DNA from: Bilabrum cf. latius
Lineage: Eukaryota
Direction of reading: 5' to 3'
Assembly (NCBI GenBank): GCA_965178125.1
Contig: OZ237753.1
Location: 744,001 to 808,000 of the forward strand
Length of the DNA: 64,000 bases
Positions 50,501 to 62,686 of the stretch are shown one piece after another. The notes beneath the pieces are model-generated. The model did no database searches. It had not been told where the DNA came from and worked only from the letters and a program-made list of their open reading frames with translations. A program made the translations under genes and the position numbers. Positions within the stretch are counted from its first letter, which is position 1. Each line of letters begins with the position of its first letter.

Positions 50501-53500
50501 AGCATGGATCCAATCTACCCGTTCAAGGGGCCATTCTTCAGGCCTAGGAGTGGCGGGATCTAGATCAGGATGGACCTCATCGACTTTGAGGACCCCGTGC
50601 TCGCAGAGGCCGGGCACGAGCTGCACGCTGCCATCGTGGCATCCAAGAGCGGGCGGGGATCCACTGCCCTGCCTTTCGTCGTCAGGGTGCGCAACAGGAT
50701 TGAACCGCCCACTTGGGTGCGACCCACCCAGAACCAGGTGAACAACGGGTACTCTCGCATCGTGACGACTGCCCCGAGCACGACTGCCGGGGTGTTCCTG
50801 CAGAGTCTTGAGGCCACCGAAGCAGAAGCGGAAATTGAGACGCTGGTCTTCGAAGTTCTGGACAACGCAGCCAACCTCCCCATCTCGATTTCGTCAACTG
50901 GGTCAGCTTCGGCGGATGCGAGCGTGATCGGCGACATTACTGGAATTCCGAGCGGAGTGCACACTGCCCGCATCGCAGCTGTGGGATACGCCGCTGATGG
51001 TAGCGTTGTGGCTCAGAGCACGCAGACCATCACCGTGGGAGTCGACATCAAGTGCCCAGCAGGCACCCAGCGCGTCAGCGGCGTGTGCGAGGCGTGCCCG
51101 GCGGGCACTTTCAGCACGGATGCGTCCAACACGTGCACGGATTGCCCAACCGACACGTTCCAGGCGGCCACCGGACAGCAGTCGTGCACGCAGTGCAGCA
51201 CTGAGCCCGGGGGCCAGTGGATCCGCCACGAGCAGGCTGGAAGTGCAGTGGCCTGTGAGGTGTGCCCCAGCGACGCGCAGATCAACGCCAACCGGGACGG
51301 CTGCGAGTGCCAGTCCGGCTTTGTGGCGGAGGATCCTGCGGCGACACGCGGTGACATTGTGTGCGTGCGCCCAGTTGCCGAGCTGCAAAGCACAGTGGCT
51401 GCTGACGTGACCATCCAGCAGTTCCAGCTGCCTATCGAGGCCGAGTGGTTCGTCAGGATCCCAGGCGCAAACGGGGTGTTCACTGTGGCAGATGCGACGC
51501 AGCTCGGGACGAACATCCCCACTGCTCGCGCCGTGGCTCTTGACAGCACAGCAGCTCTGCTAGACATCGTCCTGGCGCCAGTGTCCACCACGGGTGAGGT
51601 AGACTACTCGAGCGCTTCCGCGGACCTTGTGGTGCAGACTGGGGACTCGTTCGTCGCGCTGAGCAGATGCACGCTCGCCACCATGGAGGTGTGCTCGCTC
51701 AACTTCGAGGGCTCCACCGGCTCTGGCAGTGCCAGTCTCGGCGTGCGCATCGTGGTGGACCTGGGTCTGCAGCAGGACAAGTGCCGCCCCGGCCAAGAGC
51801 AGTCCCCCGCTTGCGAGTCGTCGGAGGCGAGCTTTGATCTGGCCATCGCAGTCGAAGACGTCGTGCAGGCGCCCCACATCAGGGCGGTGGGCGACAAGGT
51901 CGAGGTGGACGAGGGGTCAACCGACATTAACGCTGCGCCCGGAGTCACGGAAGTGCAGAGCCCCTCGACCGGCAACGTCGCTGCAGCACTTTCCGGTGAG
52001 AAGCTCTACAGCGTGGGGCTCGCCGACCTGCCCCACTACTACGTGAACGGAGTGCCTGCTGCGGTGTCCGACGGCATCACTTGGGACATATCTCTGCAGG
52101 TGAACGTTGCGGGCAACAGCTACATCGTGGGAGGCGTTATTGCCTCTTCAGCGGCGTCCGATGAGGGTCTCTCCCTATCCTCTGCGATCGATTACGAGAG
52201 GGCAGTCTCAACTGGAACTGGAAGTCCGTTTGGAGGATTCCAGGTGACTGCGATCCGAGTGCCCATTGCCCAGGCAGGAAATGTACTTTCTGCGCAACAC
52301 GAAGCCGCGCTGACGGTTACTGGACTCGGCGAAACCTTCACTCTTGAGGTGAAGAACGTGTTTGAGGCCCCCACAGAGCTGCTTCCTGCCAACAATGACC
52401 TGACCATGGTGATCGAAGAGAACAGTCCATCTGAGACCCTGGTGTCTGGACAGCACATAGTGGTCGTAGAGATGGACTCTGTGTACGAACTCTAGCTGCA
52501 GTGTGCCATAAACACTCCGTCAGCGGCAGCTGGCCTCTTCAGTCTTCGTCAGAACCGGCTATCGGCTGAGATCACGGAGCAGACGTTCGGCAGCACCCTT
52601 CAGCGACCGGCGGTGCTCGTGGGCATCTTCAGCTCGGGACAGATCAGCCACGAGGACCCGGTGGTTGGTGCTGACGGGACCGTTAACGTGGACATCACGT
52701 GCACGTACCCAATTGGTGGCGGTGCCACCGACCAGATCCAGCTGTCCCGCCGGGTTGTATCGATCTTGGACAAGGACGAGATGCCCAGCTTCCTCGGGTT
52801 CGACGGAACTGGCGCGCTGGAGGCTTCCGTGGAGGAAAATTCCGAAGCGTTCACCGTGGTGGGTCGCATCACCGTGAAAGATGAAGACGATGGCGCCTTC
52901 GGTGATTTGCAGTTTGGGCTGCAGGACACCGTCGTGGACAGCGGCGACGCGGACAGCTTTTCATTGTCTGCGGTGAAGCATGCAGAGGACGATGTCACCG
53001 TCCTTTCGGCAGCTGAGCTGCCCATGCCGAGCGGAAGCGTGCTTGCAAGCGAGGGTCTTGGAGAGACCGTGTCGAACATCGGGGACGTGGATGGCGATGG
53101 TGTAGTCGATCTGGCGGTATGGTCGCTATCCAGGCCAGACGTGGAGTCTCGGTTGGGTGCCGTGCACCTTCTGTTCATGAACAGCGACGGATCCATTCGT
53201 GCCACGCAACTAATCTCATCCACTTCGGGCGGGTCGGGCATCGCGACCAGCACGACGTCTCGCTTTGGGGCCTACCCGGTCGGCTTCTCACAGCCCCAGG
53301 GTGACGAGCCCGGGCTGATGCGTCTTGCAGTGGGGTAGTATGGACTGGATGTGAGCTCGATCTTCATCTTCCGATTGGCATCTGGTGGTACCGTGCAGCA
53401 TCAAGTTACGTTGGTTGATGGCTCTGGTGGGCTGCCTGCAGGCACGCTTGGACAAGGAGATCGCTTTGGAGCTTCGCTGACAAGCCCGGGCGACGTCGAT

Positions 53501-56500
53501 GGCGACGGCCTGAATGACTTGGTGGTTGGAGCTCCATTCGTGAACGCTGGAAGAACACTCGGTGGCGCGCTATTTGTGCTGCTGCTGCGCGCAGACGACA
53601 CGGTCAAGCAAGTGAGGCGCCTATCGCAAGCATCAGGGGAGGGCTTCGATTCCATCTCGCCTGCTGTCGCGTAGATCGGGTTCGCATGCGCCGCAATGCG
53701 GCCAAGAACCGCAGGCAACCCAGTGGATCTTGCGGTGCCAAGCATAGTCCACAATCGCCTCTTCCTTGCACGCCTGGGCGCGGATTCCACCGTATTGGGG
53801 TTGGAGGAAATCAGCAACGGGGTGGGCGGACTGCCCAGCGGAACAGTCTCCCCTGGATCGCAGTTCGGATATGGGGTGTCTGCCGTCGGTGATATCGACC
53901 AGGACGGACAAGACGACCTTCTCATGCCAATTCGGTTAGATGGCACCGGTGGACGCAGCTCTGGCGGATTCATCATCCTGTTTTTGAATCCGGGCAGCAG
54001 CGCTGTGCCCGTCAAGGCCTTTGCCAAGTTCACGTCTGCCGATCCCATCCTGCGCCCGCTCATCGCCCCCGGCTCCATTTTTGGCCCTGGGGCTGCTGCC
54101 GGTGACTTCAACTCGGACGGAACTACCGACCTGATTGTGGGTGCAAGGGGTGCGGCCGATAGGCGCGGCAAGCTGTTCAAGGTGCTGCTCGATGCATCTC
54201 CTGTGGCTCTGGCGGGGACGTCGTACGAGGTCACGGTCAAGGTGGCAGAAGGCGCTGACCTCGACTATGAGACGCAAGACACGTACGCCGTGACTCTGAG
54301 CGGTGCATCGGGCTCAGGAGCGTAGGGTGCATCCGCTGATCTGACCATCACGCTCGTTGACGTGCTTGAGGGCGCGACCTTCCCAGAGACCGCGAACACC
54401 GTGTACTCGGTGGCCGAAAACTCGGCTGCCGGGACACAGCTGACGGGGGCAGTGGCCGTTGGTGTACCGGGCGTACCCGGCGCTGCAGTGACCTACAGCC
54501 TTGGTGCTTAGTCGCCTGTTCGCTTCGCCATCGATGCGTCCACTGGGCAGCTGTCCGTCGCGAACGGCGCCGCTCTGGACTTCGAGTAGGACGGTGCCGC
54601 CCCACTCCCATTGACGATCATCGCCTAGGACCCCAACGGGCCCCCTGCCGAGCTAGAGGTGACCGTGCAGATCACTGACGAGAACGAGGCACCGGTGGTG
54701 TCTCTGTCTGCCACCGAGGCCACCGTGCCCGAAAACTCGGACCAGGTGGCTGGCACCGTGCTGGCTCAGGTGTCTGTGTCGGACGTGGATGCGTCAGACG
54801 CTCAGATCGGATTCAGCGACTTGGCGCTGTCTTGCGACCAAGCCGATCGCCTGCAGCTGCAGCAGTCTACCCAGAGCCAAGCCGAGGCCCAGGTGGTGTA
54901 CGTGACCAGCAACCCTGAGGACTTCGAGGCGCTGTCAACCGTTGAGTGCACCGTGACAGGGACAGATTCGGCTGGCCTGCAGTCCACCGCGCCGTTCACG
55001 CTGCGCATCAGCGACGAGAACGATGCCCCGCAGACCGGATCTAGCTACTCGTTCACGCTGGAAGAGAACCAACCTGCTGGGACCATTCCGGAAGCCGTCA
55101 ACACGGCCGTGACGGCCACCGACCAAGACGCTGGCGACGTGCTGACTTTCAATCTCGCGGCTGGCGCACCCTTCATAATGGACTCGACCACCGGACAGCT
55201 GACGTACGTCGGAGACGGCGAGGATTACGAAGCGTTGCTTGCTGCGGGCGGCAATTACGAGATCGATTTCACTGTCACCGACAGTGCCGGGGCCACGGCC
55301 ACCGGCGAGGTCCGGATCGACATCATCGACGTCAACGAGGCTCCGGTGCTGCTGGGCGCCGGAGGTGCCCCTCGGACCATCGCCAAGGACGCCGAGTTGG
55401 GAGCTGCCGTGTCTGGAGACTCGCTGTCATCGCAGGATGAGGACCTGCTCGACGATCCCGCCCTGGCCAACTTCGAGGTGTCCGGGTGCACGGGCAGCGC
55501 GTGCGGCGCGTTCGGCTTCTCGCCTTCCAGCGATGGCACGATCCGCCTCGTGGATCCTTCGGTGCTCGACTTAAGCGACGGCGCGGCCGAGGCGGTGCTA
55601 ACCATCCGCGTGCGCGACCGGCAGGATGCTTCTCAGGCACTCTACTCGGAGACGGGCGAGGTCACCATTGTGGTGGAGTGCCCTGAGGACGCGTGTCCCG
55701 AGGGAACCGTCGGGTTCGGGGGCTGCTCAAGGACTCAGACCCAGGTTTGCGTGCCCCTGTCTCAGCCCGAGCCACCTACCCCCGGTGATGATCCCGTCAC
55801 TGAGGTGGGCCGAGGGGACGCGGATGCGGGGACCACTGGGGTCTCCATCGATGTCGTGCCGCAGAATCCCTTGCAGCTGCCCGGCAGCGAGTACGAAGCG
55901 AGCAGAGACGAGCAATGCAAGGCTGTCGTCCGTCTGCAGTGGGGTGCTGCTGCAAACGCGGTTGAGGCGCTCTTGGAGCCTGTGCGCTTCTTCCGCATCA
56001 CGACCGCAGACGGAAGCTCCGCGGTCGTGGGCCTCGCTCGCGAGCAGAGCGTCGACGTGCAGTTCCCGGCCGTGTCTGACGGTAATGAGGGCAGCGTGTC
56101 CGTGGAGCGCGTGAGCACCGCAGCAGCGTGCATTGACAGCGTGTCCGGAACCATCTCCTCCGATGCAGGATGCTTCACCCCTGAGACTGACTCGAGCGGA
56201 TCGGCCGTGTCTGTCACCGTGGGCACCAGGTGCTTCTGCGCGAGCTGTGAGGCGGGCAGCTTCCAGAACCCCGTGTGCGAGGCCGACACCGTCGCCGCCT
56301 TCCAGCTGTCCAACCCCAGCGACTGGTGCTCGTCCTGCCGCAGCTGCAGCGGGCAGGAGTACGAGACCAGGTCATGCCTCGCGTCCAACCCCCAGGACGT
56401 CGGGTACGACACCGCGGGAGCTGCGTTCCTGGACCGAGAGTGCGCTGCGTGCACGCAGTGCGAGTACGACGAGTTCGAGATGTCGTCGTGCGGCGGTGAC

Positions 56501-59500
56501 GACGGAAGGACGGACCGCGTGTGCATGAACCGGGTGCTAGATGGGTTCCCCATCCGCCGGGAGGACGGCAGCACTGGCGCACGCGGACGCCTGTATCCGG
56601 GCTTCTCCAACAACATCCGCAACGCAGACTGCAACGTCGAGCTGCGGTTCGTGAGGTCTGACAGGAACCCTCCTGCCGGCTCCGATGTGGCCTGGTACCG
56701 GGTGCGCGAAACCCGCCGCTCCAATGTGCGCTTCAGCTATGTGTTCGGGTCTCGTAACCATCAGGAGACGCGCCTGGTGCTCGGCAGCTTCCCTAACCAG
56801 GACATGCGATTCGAGCTGAGCTACCTGCGCCTGAACACCCGCGCCGGGGAGACCATGCCTGCCGCGAGGCCTTCGGATGATGACGCTCGCTGGACATCGG
56901 TGAACTCTGTGGACGTGGGCACCCAGTGCGTGGAAACGTTCACTGCCGCGGAGGAGGTCGAGACGTTCCCTCGAAGGAGCGTGCGTACGACTGGTCACCG
57001 TGGCCGCATGGAGAACGCCTTCGACCTGCAGCAGCGGGACTCTCAGTGCAACGTGCTGGCTGACGTCAGGTATGTGTGCGGTGGAGACGACTTCATCGGG
57101 CAGGTGTGCGCGTAGGAGCAGACCTTTTTGATCCGCGAAACCAGGCGAAGCAACATCAGGTTCGCAAAAACGGTGACGTTGCGGGCGGGCACCGAGACTC
57201 GGGTCAACCTGGGCACGTTCCCCAACCAAGACGTCAGGTTCACGCTTTTCCATTCGGATGGTAACGGAGGCTGGCGCCGCACGAACGACATCGACGTGCG
57301 CACCGGCTGCGTAGAGACGTTTGAGGAGGCCAACGTGATCTCGGTGCAGCGGAGCGATTCCCAGACTGGCAACCGCGGGCGGATCTTCGGAGCCTTCGGT
57401 CAGAAGCGTGCTTCCAACGGGGACGTGCTGGTGCGCGTGAGGTACCACGATGACGTCGGGCCCGACACGGACCGTTTCGTGATACGTGAAACCAGGCGAA
57501 GCAACATTCGGTTCGCAAGGGAGATTACGCTGCAGAACGGCCAGGAGGCGCTGGTCAACCTGGGTCAGTTCCCTAACCAGGACATCCGATTCGGTTTGTT
57601 CTACGAGCGCGAGCACGGGCGCGCCGACTGGCGGCAGTGCGCCAGCGTGGACATCCGCACGGAGCGTGTAGAGACGTTCGAGCTGGCAGCGTACGCGGAG
57701 GGTGGGGCTCCCCGGGCCACGACCAAGCGCACCGGCTCTCGTGGTCGCATCGAGGGCGTCTACGGCAACCGGCGTGCTCCCGACTGCAGCACGCGCGTGA
57801 TCGTCAGGTACAACGACAGGCACGACTGCGAGAACGAGTCGAGGCACTTTGTGATTCGTGAGACGAGGCGAAGCAACATCAGATTCTCGCGGGAGGTTGT
57901 GCTCAACAACGGCTACGAGGCCGTGCTGGATCTCGGCCAGTTCCCGAACATGGACGTCCGCATCGGCCTCTTCTACGAGCGCACTCCCGGGCATTGGGAG
58001 CAGTGCGACAGCGTAGATATCCGCACCGAGTGCACGGAGCTGTTCGATGATCCCACGGGTGCAGAGGCGGCGCACGAGGTGCTGGACCAGGGCGGAGACT
58101 ACGACGCGCACACCGGCCGCTTCGGTCGCATCATGCAGCTGTGGGGCACCAAGCGGGCCGGGGCCAACTCTGGCCTGGTGTCCTTCAATCCCATCTCCGG
58201 TGTGGCTGCGCCCGTGCAGGAGGGCGACGTCATCGTGCGGCTTGCGTACAACGCCAACCACGGCAACGATCCCAACCGCCTGCTGATTCGCGAGACGAGG
58301 CGCAGCAACGTCAGATTCGCCAAGTCAGCTGTGCTGCGAGACGGAGAGGAGAAGTGGCTCAACCTGGGCCAGTTCCCGAACATGGACGTCCGCTTCACCG
58401 TGTTCCGGTTTGACCAGGACAAGGGCTGGCTGGCGGGCAACTCGATCGACATCCGCACCGACAAGGTCGAGACCTTCGAGAACGCTGCCCTCGCCGTCGG
58501 GTACCCAAGGGAGAACCACAGGCATTCCGGCAGCCGGGCGGTGCTGGACTCGGTCATCGGGAGGGAGCGGCTGTGCGACGGCAGCATCCCGCTGCACGTG
58601 CGCTACTGCGAGGACGAGCGCTTCGCACCCGCGAGCCGGACATTCGTGCTGAGGGAGACCCGCCGGTCCAACGTGCGCTTTTCCAAGCAGATCACGCTGG
58701 CCAACTGCAACGAGGCCGTGGTGCTGGTGCCCGGCTCCGACATCCCGAACCAGGACGTCCGCTTCCAGATCTTCGACTCTGACGGCGAGGGAGGCTGGTA
58801 CTCGTACGGCAACTCCGTGGACGTTGGCACGAGCAAGGATGCCGACGTGTGCCCTGCAGACCTGGCCGCGAGCGGGGCGCGCCGAGCGCAGGCGGCGCGC
58901 GGCAGCGTGGCGCAGTCGGTGGGTTCGATCGGCGGCGGGATCGCAACCACTCGGGTGGTGCTCCCCCCCATGTCCACCATCCAGGCCACTGTGGACCCCC
59001 TCGCGCTCTCAGGCGACGGCGCGACCTCTTCCGCCGCCGTTCTGGAGTCCACCGGAAGCGCCACCGCCGCGCAGGTGGAGGGCATGCGCGCCTCCGCGCA
59101 GGCCGCCCTCCGCGCCGACGTGGCAGAGCAGGACCCGGAGCTGGCCCAGTCGACGTCCATCTTCGTGAACGCGAATGCGGAGTCGGGCGAGCTGGTCGTG
59201 ACGGTGCTTCCCGAGTCCAGCCTCGAGGCCGTGGCCAGCATCGTGTCTGCCTCTGCGTCGTCCGCCGGCCGCCTCAGTGGGGCCATGGGCCTGGCCGCTG
59301 ACGAGGCCCTCCTGGTTGTGGTCGGGGACTAGGAGGCTGGGGAGGAGCAGGCGGGGGATGAGGTCAGCGGTGCGGAGGATGCCACTGGCCCGGAGCAGGG
59401 CACCTCTTCGGACTCTGCCAGCGAGGGCAGCGGCTCCGTGGCAGGAATGTCTCTGCTGGCGGCGGGCCTGGCTGGGGCTGTCGCCACCGCACTGGTGGCC

Positions 59501-59815
59501 ATCGGTGTGGCCGCTGCTGTCGCCCTTCGGCACCGTGCGGGCGCCGCGCGCTCACCTGCTGCTGTCGGCAGCGCCGCCTATGCCGCCGAGGCACAGGACG
59601 ATGAGGCTGGCGATGAGGACGACGAGGCCGTTGTGCTATCGACAGCCACGAGCCCCCAAGGGATGATGGGCGGCTCTCTGCGCGGACTTGAGGAGCAGGA
59701 GTCGGGTGCAGGTGCGGGTGCCTCTGCCCCTGTGTCGCCCATGCCGAGGTCTCACCGCCGGGGCAGCGAGGCGTCGTCCGGGAGCAGCAGCGACGGCTCT
59801 GAGGTAGAGGCCTGA
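47501..59815 (+). CDS. Giant type-I membrane protein (~4,100 aa): signal peptide, cadherin-like, RCC1-like, FG-GAP, Cys-rich, cadherin repeats, six unrecognised repeats, TM, short tail
   Basis: Single frame with 12 TAGs (49100, 50177, 50561, 52493, 53336, 53672, 54323, three in 54500-54630, 57113, 59330), ending TGA. Motifs 'MALVVAVLAASSSASA', 'CWGN', 'GDVDGDG..DL', 'CPAGTFS', 'LDYE/DxNEAP', TM 'LLAAGLAGAVATALVAIGVAAAVAL'. Confidence 0.88.
56540..58840 (+). repeat. Six diverged ~117-144 aa protein repeats with core RETRRSN(I/V)RF...(L)GxFPN(Q/M)D
   Basis: RETRRSN codons at about 56705, 57134, 57485, 57857, 58289 and 58652. Confidence 0.9.
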
Positions 59816-60356
59816 TCGCAATAGAGGCGGGGGGGGGGGCTTGTGCACGGTGCCCTTCACCAGGGGCCCAGCACTGCCTGTCACCCTGCGGTGGTATCCA
59901 CACCGATATGGTGTGGAGCATCCGCGGGCGTGGCGGGCGCTTGGCTGGGCTTGTGGGCTGGGCACGTGGGAGCTCTGCGGGTGGAACTCTTCGGGAAGCC
60001 ATCACAGCTTGTGGTAGCTGCCCAGGGCCGCTTGTCGTGTTAGATGACTCGGATGGTGCTGCGGTTCTCTCAGCGGGGCTTCCTTCGTTTTGAGGGGGGT
60101 CGCAATGAAGAAGACCCGCTGCACCTTGCTGTGGCTCATACGATGTGCAAGGGGCTGTGCGTTGGAGACGCTCTAGCCCTTGCATACAGTGCTGAATTGC
60201 CAAACATAGTGTATTCGCTTTCCAATGTATGTATTTGATCCAGTATTGCCCTGTCGGCGGTGCACCCCGATTCTGAGATAAGATGACCAAGTAACGTGTA
60301 CCTCCGCTGGCCAAAATGCAAGGTAGTATATCTAGCGTACTATTGCGCCCCACACC

Positions 60357-62501
60357 ATGTCGCGTGCAGCAAGAGAGGAAGTCGAGAATGCAAGAATGAA
60401 GGGAATCCTGCCGCCGGAGCGAGATAAGAATGGGTAGCTCGTGAATCCGCATATTCCGGCGTTTATGTCGGCGGTCCCAATCTGGATGAAAAGCGATAGC
60501 GATGGCCCGAGCCTTCAGCATCAGCGATTGGAGAAGGCCCCCGAGAAAAGCACTGAGTATGAAAAGAAGCGAGACCCGTACGCGAGGTACGATCCGAAGC
60601 AGTACCGCGAGGTGATCCGGCGCTACGAGCGACTGGAAAAGGAACGTGAGCGGGTTCTCAAGGAGGCCAAGGAGTCCGGAAAGGCAGACGAAGCATCAAA
60701 GCCCGAGTCGGACGAACAGGTTGATATGGAACAGGAACTGCAGAGGTACTCGGAGGCGGTCAAAATGAACGTCCGGAACCTTAGGAAGCGCGAGGACACG
60801 GCCAAGTACTTGCTCAACCTATCCACGGCGCCCGAGTTTTTCTACGACGGCAAAGCGCGCTCGATGCGAAGCAATCCGTTCCCGAATTCCAAGCCTGGGG
60901 AGCACGAGTACGAAGGCGACCTGATGTACGAGGGGACTGGCGAGGCCCCGCAGCTGGTGAGCGCACAGGCCTTCGCCTTCGACGCCCAGCAGCACGGCGT
61001 GGACACGCACGTGTTCGCAACCCCCACTGCGCTCTCCCTCATGATGACGGACCACGACAAGAAGAAAGAGGAGGCCAAGAAAGCCAGGGCGAGGGCCATC
61101 CAGGAGGCATACGGCAGCTCGGGGGCAGCCGCGCGGGCCACCGATGGGTCCCTCCGCCCCGCCGGCTCCGAGGCAGCCCCCGGGGCCCTCAGCGTCCCCC
61201 GCTCGCTTCTCATGGGCCAGTCGGGCGCATACGTGGAGTATGACGCGGAGGGCCGGCCCGTGGTCGGGGGCGGCGCCGCGCGGAGCGGTTCCGCATCCTC
61301 GTCGTCTGGCGGCAAGGGGAAGGGATAGGGCACCGAGCAGAGCTAGGGACCAGCCAGGAGCAAATGGCCCGAGGACCGGCGCGAGTTTGGCCACCGGGCG
61401 GTGTGGGGGTCCTGGTGCTGCCCGGTGACTCGCCGGTGGGGGTACGCCTGCTGCTTCTGCTCCGAGAGGGGGGCCCCTTGCGCGGGGCTGGCGGGGCGGG
61501 CGGCGTGGCGGCTGGCGGCGAGACTGAAAGGGGCTTCGATCCCAGGGGATGCGCCGGGGGCTCTGGAGGCGGCTCGGGCGCGGCGGCGGGTCAGGGAACA
61601 ATCGCAGGGTGGTGTGACAGCTGCAAGCGCAGGTGCAGGTGCGGGCACACGCGCGGGTTCGGGCGCAGATGCCATGCCTCAGCACCCCCGGCTCAACACC
61701 GCTCGTTCGGGGGCCGGGTTTGACGGGGAAGAGCAGGACGAGGACGGGCCGGGAGGCAGCGGCAGCCGTGGCCCCAGCCTAGCGGAGCAGGTGCGCGAGG
61801 CGAGGGCGAGGGGGGAGGCTGTCCCCGAGGTGGGGTCATTCCGAGAGGCGGCTCGCAAGGAGGTGAAGGAGGTTTGGGGAACAAAGGGGGGTCGCGGGGG
61901 GGACGCTGATGGGGGCTTGGATGGGGGCGCATCGCTGGGTTAGAAGCGCGGGGGCGCCGTTCTCGGGAACGCTGCTATCGACCTTGGGGGTGGGAGGGGG
62001 GGGCAGGCGCTACTCGACTCCATCAAGGACTCGGATGATAAGTTCCGCAACATGGGCGGCGCCGCGCGGAGTGCCCCTGGGCTGGATCGCAGCGGCGTGC
62101 ATCAGGCCCTGGAGCAGGAAAAGGCGAGGCAGCGAGCGACCGAGGCCGAGGCAGGCCAAGGGGGGACGGCTGCAGGGCCTCGGTTCGGGGCGGGGAGGGA
62201 GCTCGGGCAGAAGGCCAAGAGGGGCTGGGCGGGCAGGGAACAAGGGGGTGCCGGCGGCGGGGGGGATTCCTCGAGCGAGGAAGAGGAGGATGACGGAACC
62301 TCGGGCGCCGCGCGAAGGATCGCCGCGAAGCGCCGGCGGAAGGCCATCCGGGACGCGGTCCGCAGGGGCTTGGATCCCGAGACCGCGGCACGGCGCGTGG
62401 ATGGGGCCGCTTCCGGCAGTGGGGATGGTCGCACGGCGGAGGAAAAAGAGGCAGAGATGCTGCTGCAAAGGAGACCCGAGGATCCGATGGCCCAGGGGTG
62501 A
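60357..62501 (+). CDS. SLU7: Pre-mRNA splicing factor SLU7, ~714 aa, without the CCHC zinc knuckle
   Basis: 'PPERDKNG*LVNPHIP', 'SLQHQR', 'KRDPYARYDP', 'VRNLRKREDTAKYLLNL', 'YDGKARSMRSNP', 'SKWPED...GHRAVWGSW...WGYACC', C-terminal 'RRPEDPMA'. TAGs at 60435, 61326, 61344, 61941; ends TGA. Confidence 0.92.
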
Positions 62502-62686
62502 GGTGATTCTGCGCCATTGGGTCCCATGCCAGATCCCGGATGTAGACTAGCATCCATATTTGGGAGCATTTGACACGATTGAGCGTATGCCAAGGCTGTG
62601 TCATTTCTGTGCAATATTGCCATCTCTCTGTACCGCTACAGGCAACCCCTCCCGGTGACCCGCGTGAATCGCCAGCACTTCTTTCT

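Noticed and set aside
47501-59815. Bacterial contig or operon of adhesin genes
   Set aside because: Fragments are all in one frame separated only by TAG, and flanking genes are eukaryotic (intron-containing NEK kinase, SLU7).
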